A DNA stretch of 554 bases from Escherichia coli (GTDB lineage Bacteria; Pseudomonadota; Gammaproteobacteria; Enterobacterales; Enterobacteriaceae): the NCBI RefSeq assembly GCF_003334765.1, contig NZ_QOWT01000112.1; one strand, 5' to 3'. Numbering within the stretch: position 1 is the first letter of the stretch; each line of letters begins with the position of its first letter. A program made the position numbers and the translations under genes. Below, piece by piece: positions 1 through 554 of this stretch. The notes under the pieces were generated by a model. The model did not search any database and was not told the origin of the DNA. It saw nothing but the letters and a program-made list of their open reading frames with translations.

Positions 1-554
1 ATCACCAGGTCAGCCGAGAAGCCCAGGCACGCCAGGTCTTTCAGTTCATCACGGGTCATCGGGCCGGTGGTGTCCTGTGAACCTACAGAAGTCATTTTCG
101 GTTCGCAGTACGCGCCCGGACGAATGCCTTTCACACCGCAGGCACGACCTACCATTTTCTGCGCCAGCGAGAAGCCGCGATCGCTCTCAGCGACATCTTT
201 CGCCTGACGGAACACATCACTGTGCGGCAGGCCAAGTGCTTCACGCGCTTTGGTGGTCAGGCCACGCCCGATAATCAGCGGAATACGGCCGCCAGCACGC
301 ACTTCATCAATCAGCACGTCGGTTTTCAGTTCGAAGGTTGCCAGCAGTTCGCCGGTTTCGTGGTTACGCACTTCACCTTTGTACGGGTAAACGTCAATTA
401 CGTCGCCCATGTTCAGGTTAGAGACGTCGACTTCGATTGGCAGTGCACCCGCATCTTCCATCGTGTTAAAGAAGATTGGTGCAATTTTACCGCCGAGGCA
501 CAAACCACCGCCGCGTTTGTTCGGCACATGTGGAATATCATCGCCCATAAACCA
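1..554 (-). CDS. acnB: Aconitate hydratase B (aconitase 2 / 2-methylisocitrate dehydratase), internal fragment, partial at both ends; codon phase set by codons at 552-554 (Trp) down to 3-5 (Val), with positions 1-2 being the first two bases of the next codon
   Basis: Seen in sequence: the reverse complement reads as 184 sense codons with no stop across the full window, and codons are those preferred in enterobacteria (CTG Leu, CCG Pro, CGT Arg, GGC/GGT Gly, AAA Lys, GAA Glu). Established knowledge, from memory: the translated peptide matches E. coli AcnB at about residues 255-439, including the ...[28 protein letters not shown](M) segment at the start of catalytic domain 1. No alignment could be run; the residue numbering is approximate. 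Confidence 0.9.

Noticed and set aside
177-184. 8-bp perfect palindrome GCGATCGC, which contains a GATC Dam methylation site at 179-182.
   Set aside because: A single short palindrome inside a coding region, here encoding Asp-Arg-Gly on the minus strand. It is not repeated, has no partner half-site, and is not positioned to act as an operator. Most plausibly chance.
77-274. Plus-strand ORF of 65 codons from the supplied track ([65 protein letters not shown]), beginning with GTG at 77-79.
   Set aside because: It lies entirely antisense to, and out of frame with, the strongly supported acnB reading frame. Its composition is rich in Arg, Ser and His, typical of reading a GC-rich coding sequence in the wrong frame. 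It uses a GTG start with no recognisable ribosome-binding site upstream, and is short enough to arise by chance within a long gene.
423-431. Overlapping 6-bp palindromes GACGTC (423-428) and GTCGAC (426-431).
   Set aside because: This reflects the codons for the Val-Asp-Val run (GTC GAC GTC) on the minus strand. There is no extended stem or flanking symmetry to suggest a regulatory site or structured RNA.
504-515. Pyrimidine-rich ACCACCGCCGCG run on the plus strand that looks repeat-like.
   Set aside because: It is the reverse complement of the Arg-Gly-Gly-Gly codons (CGC GGC GGT GGT) of the coding frame. This is a glycine-rich loop in the protein, not a DNA-level tandem repeat or slippage tract of meaningful length.
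1-554. Possibility that the fragment is a pseudogene or a divergent paralogue (for example AcnA or a novel aconitase-like protein) and not functional acnB.
   Set aside because: The 184 codons contain no stop or frameshift, and the peptide matches my recollection of E. coli AcnB throughout, including the conserved domain-1 motif. AcnA has a different domain order and sequence. This cannot be fully excluded without an alignment, but nothing in the sequence supports it.

Overview
The whole 554-bp window is an internal fragment of one protein-coding gene on the minus strand, with no start or stop codon in the window. Translating the reverse complement from position 554 downward gives 184 uninterrupted codons ([184 protein letters not shown]) plus two bases of the next codon. 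I recognise this from memory as aconitate hydratase B (AcnB, bifunctional aconitase 2 / 2-methylisocitrate dehydratase) of Escherichia coli and close relatives, roughly residues 255-439 of the 865-aa protein. The fragment covers the C-terminal part of domain 4, the linker, and the start of catalytic domain 1. Codon usage is typical of a well-expressed enterobacterial core gene. The single ORF in the supplied track (77..274, + strand) is an antisense, out-of-frame artefact. I find no RNA gene, mobile element, CRISPR array, promoter, terminator or other non-coding structure, and no sign of a novel or undescribed system; this is ordinary core-metabolism coding sequence. No database search was run, so identity rests on my recollection of the AcnB sequence.
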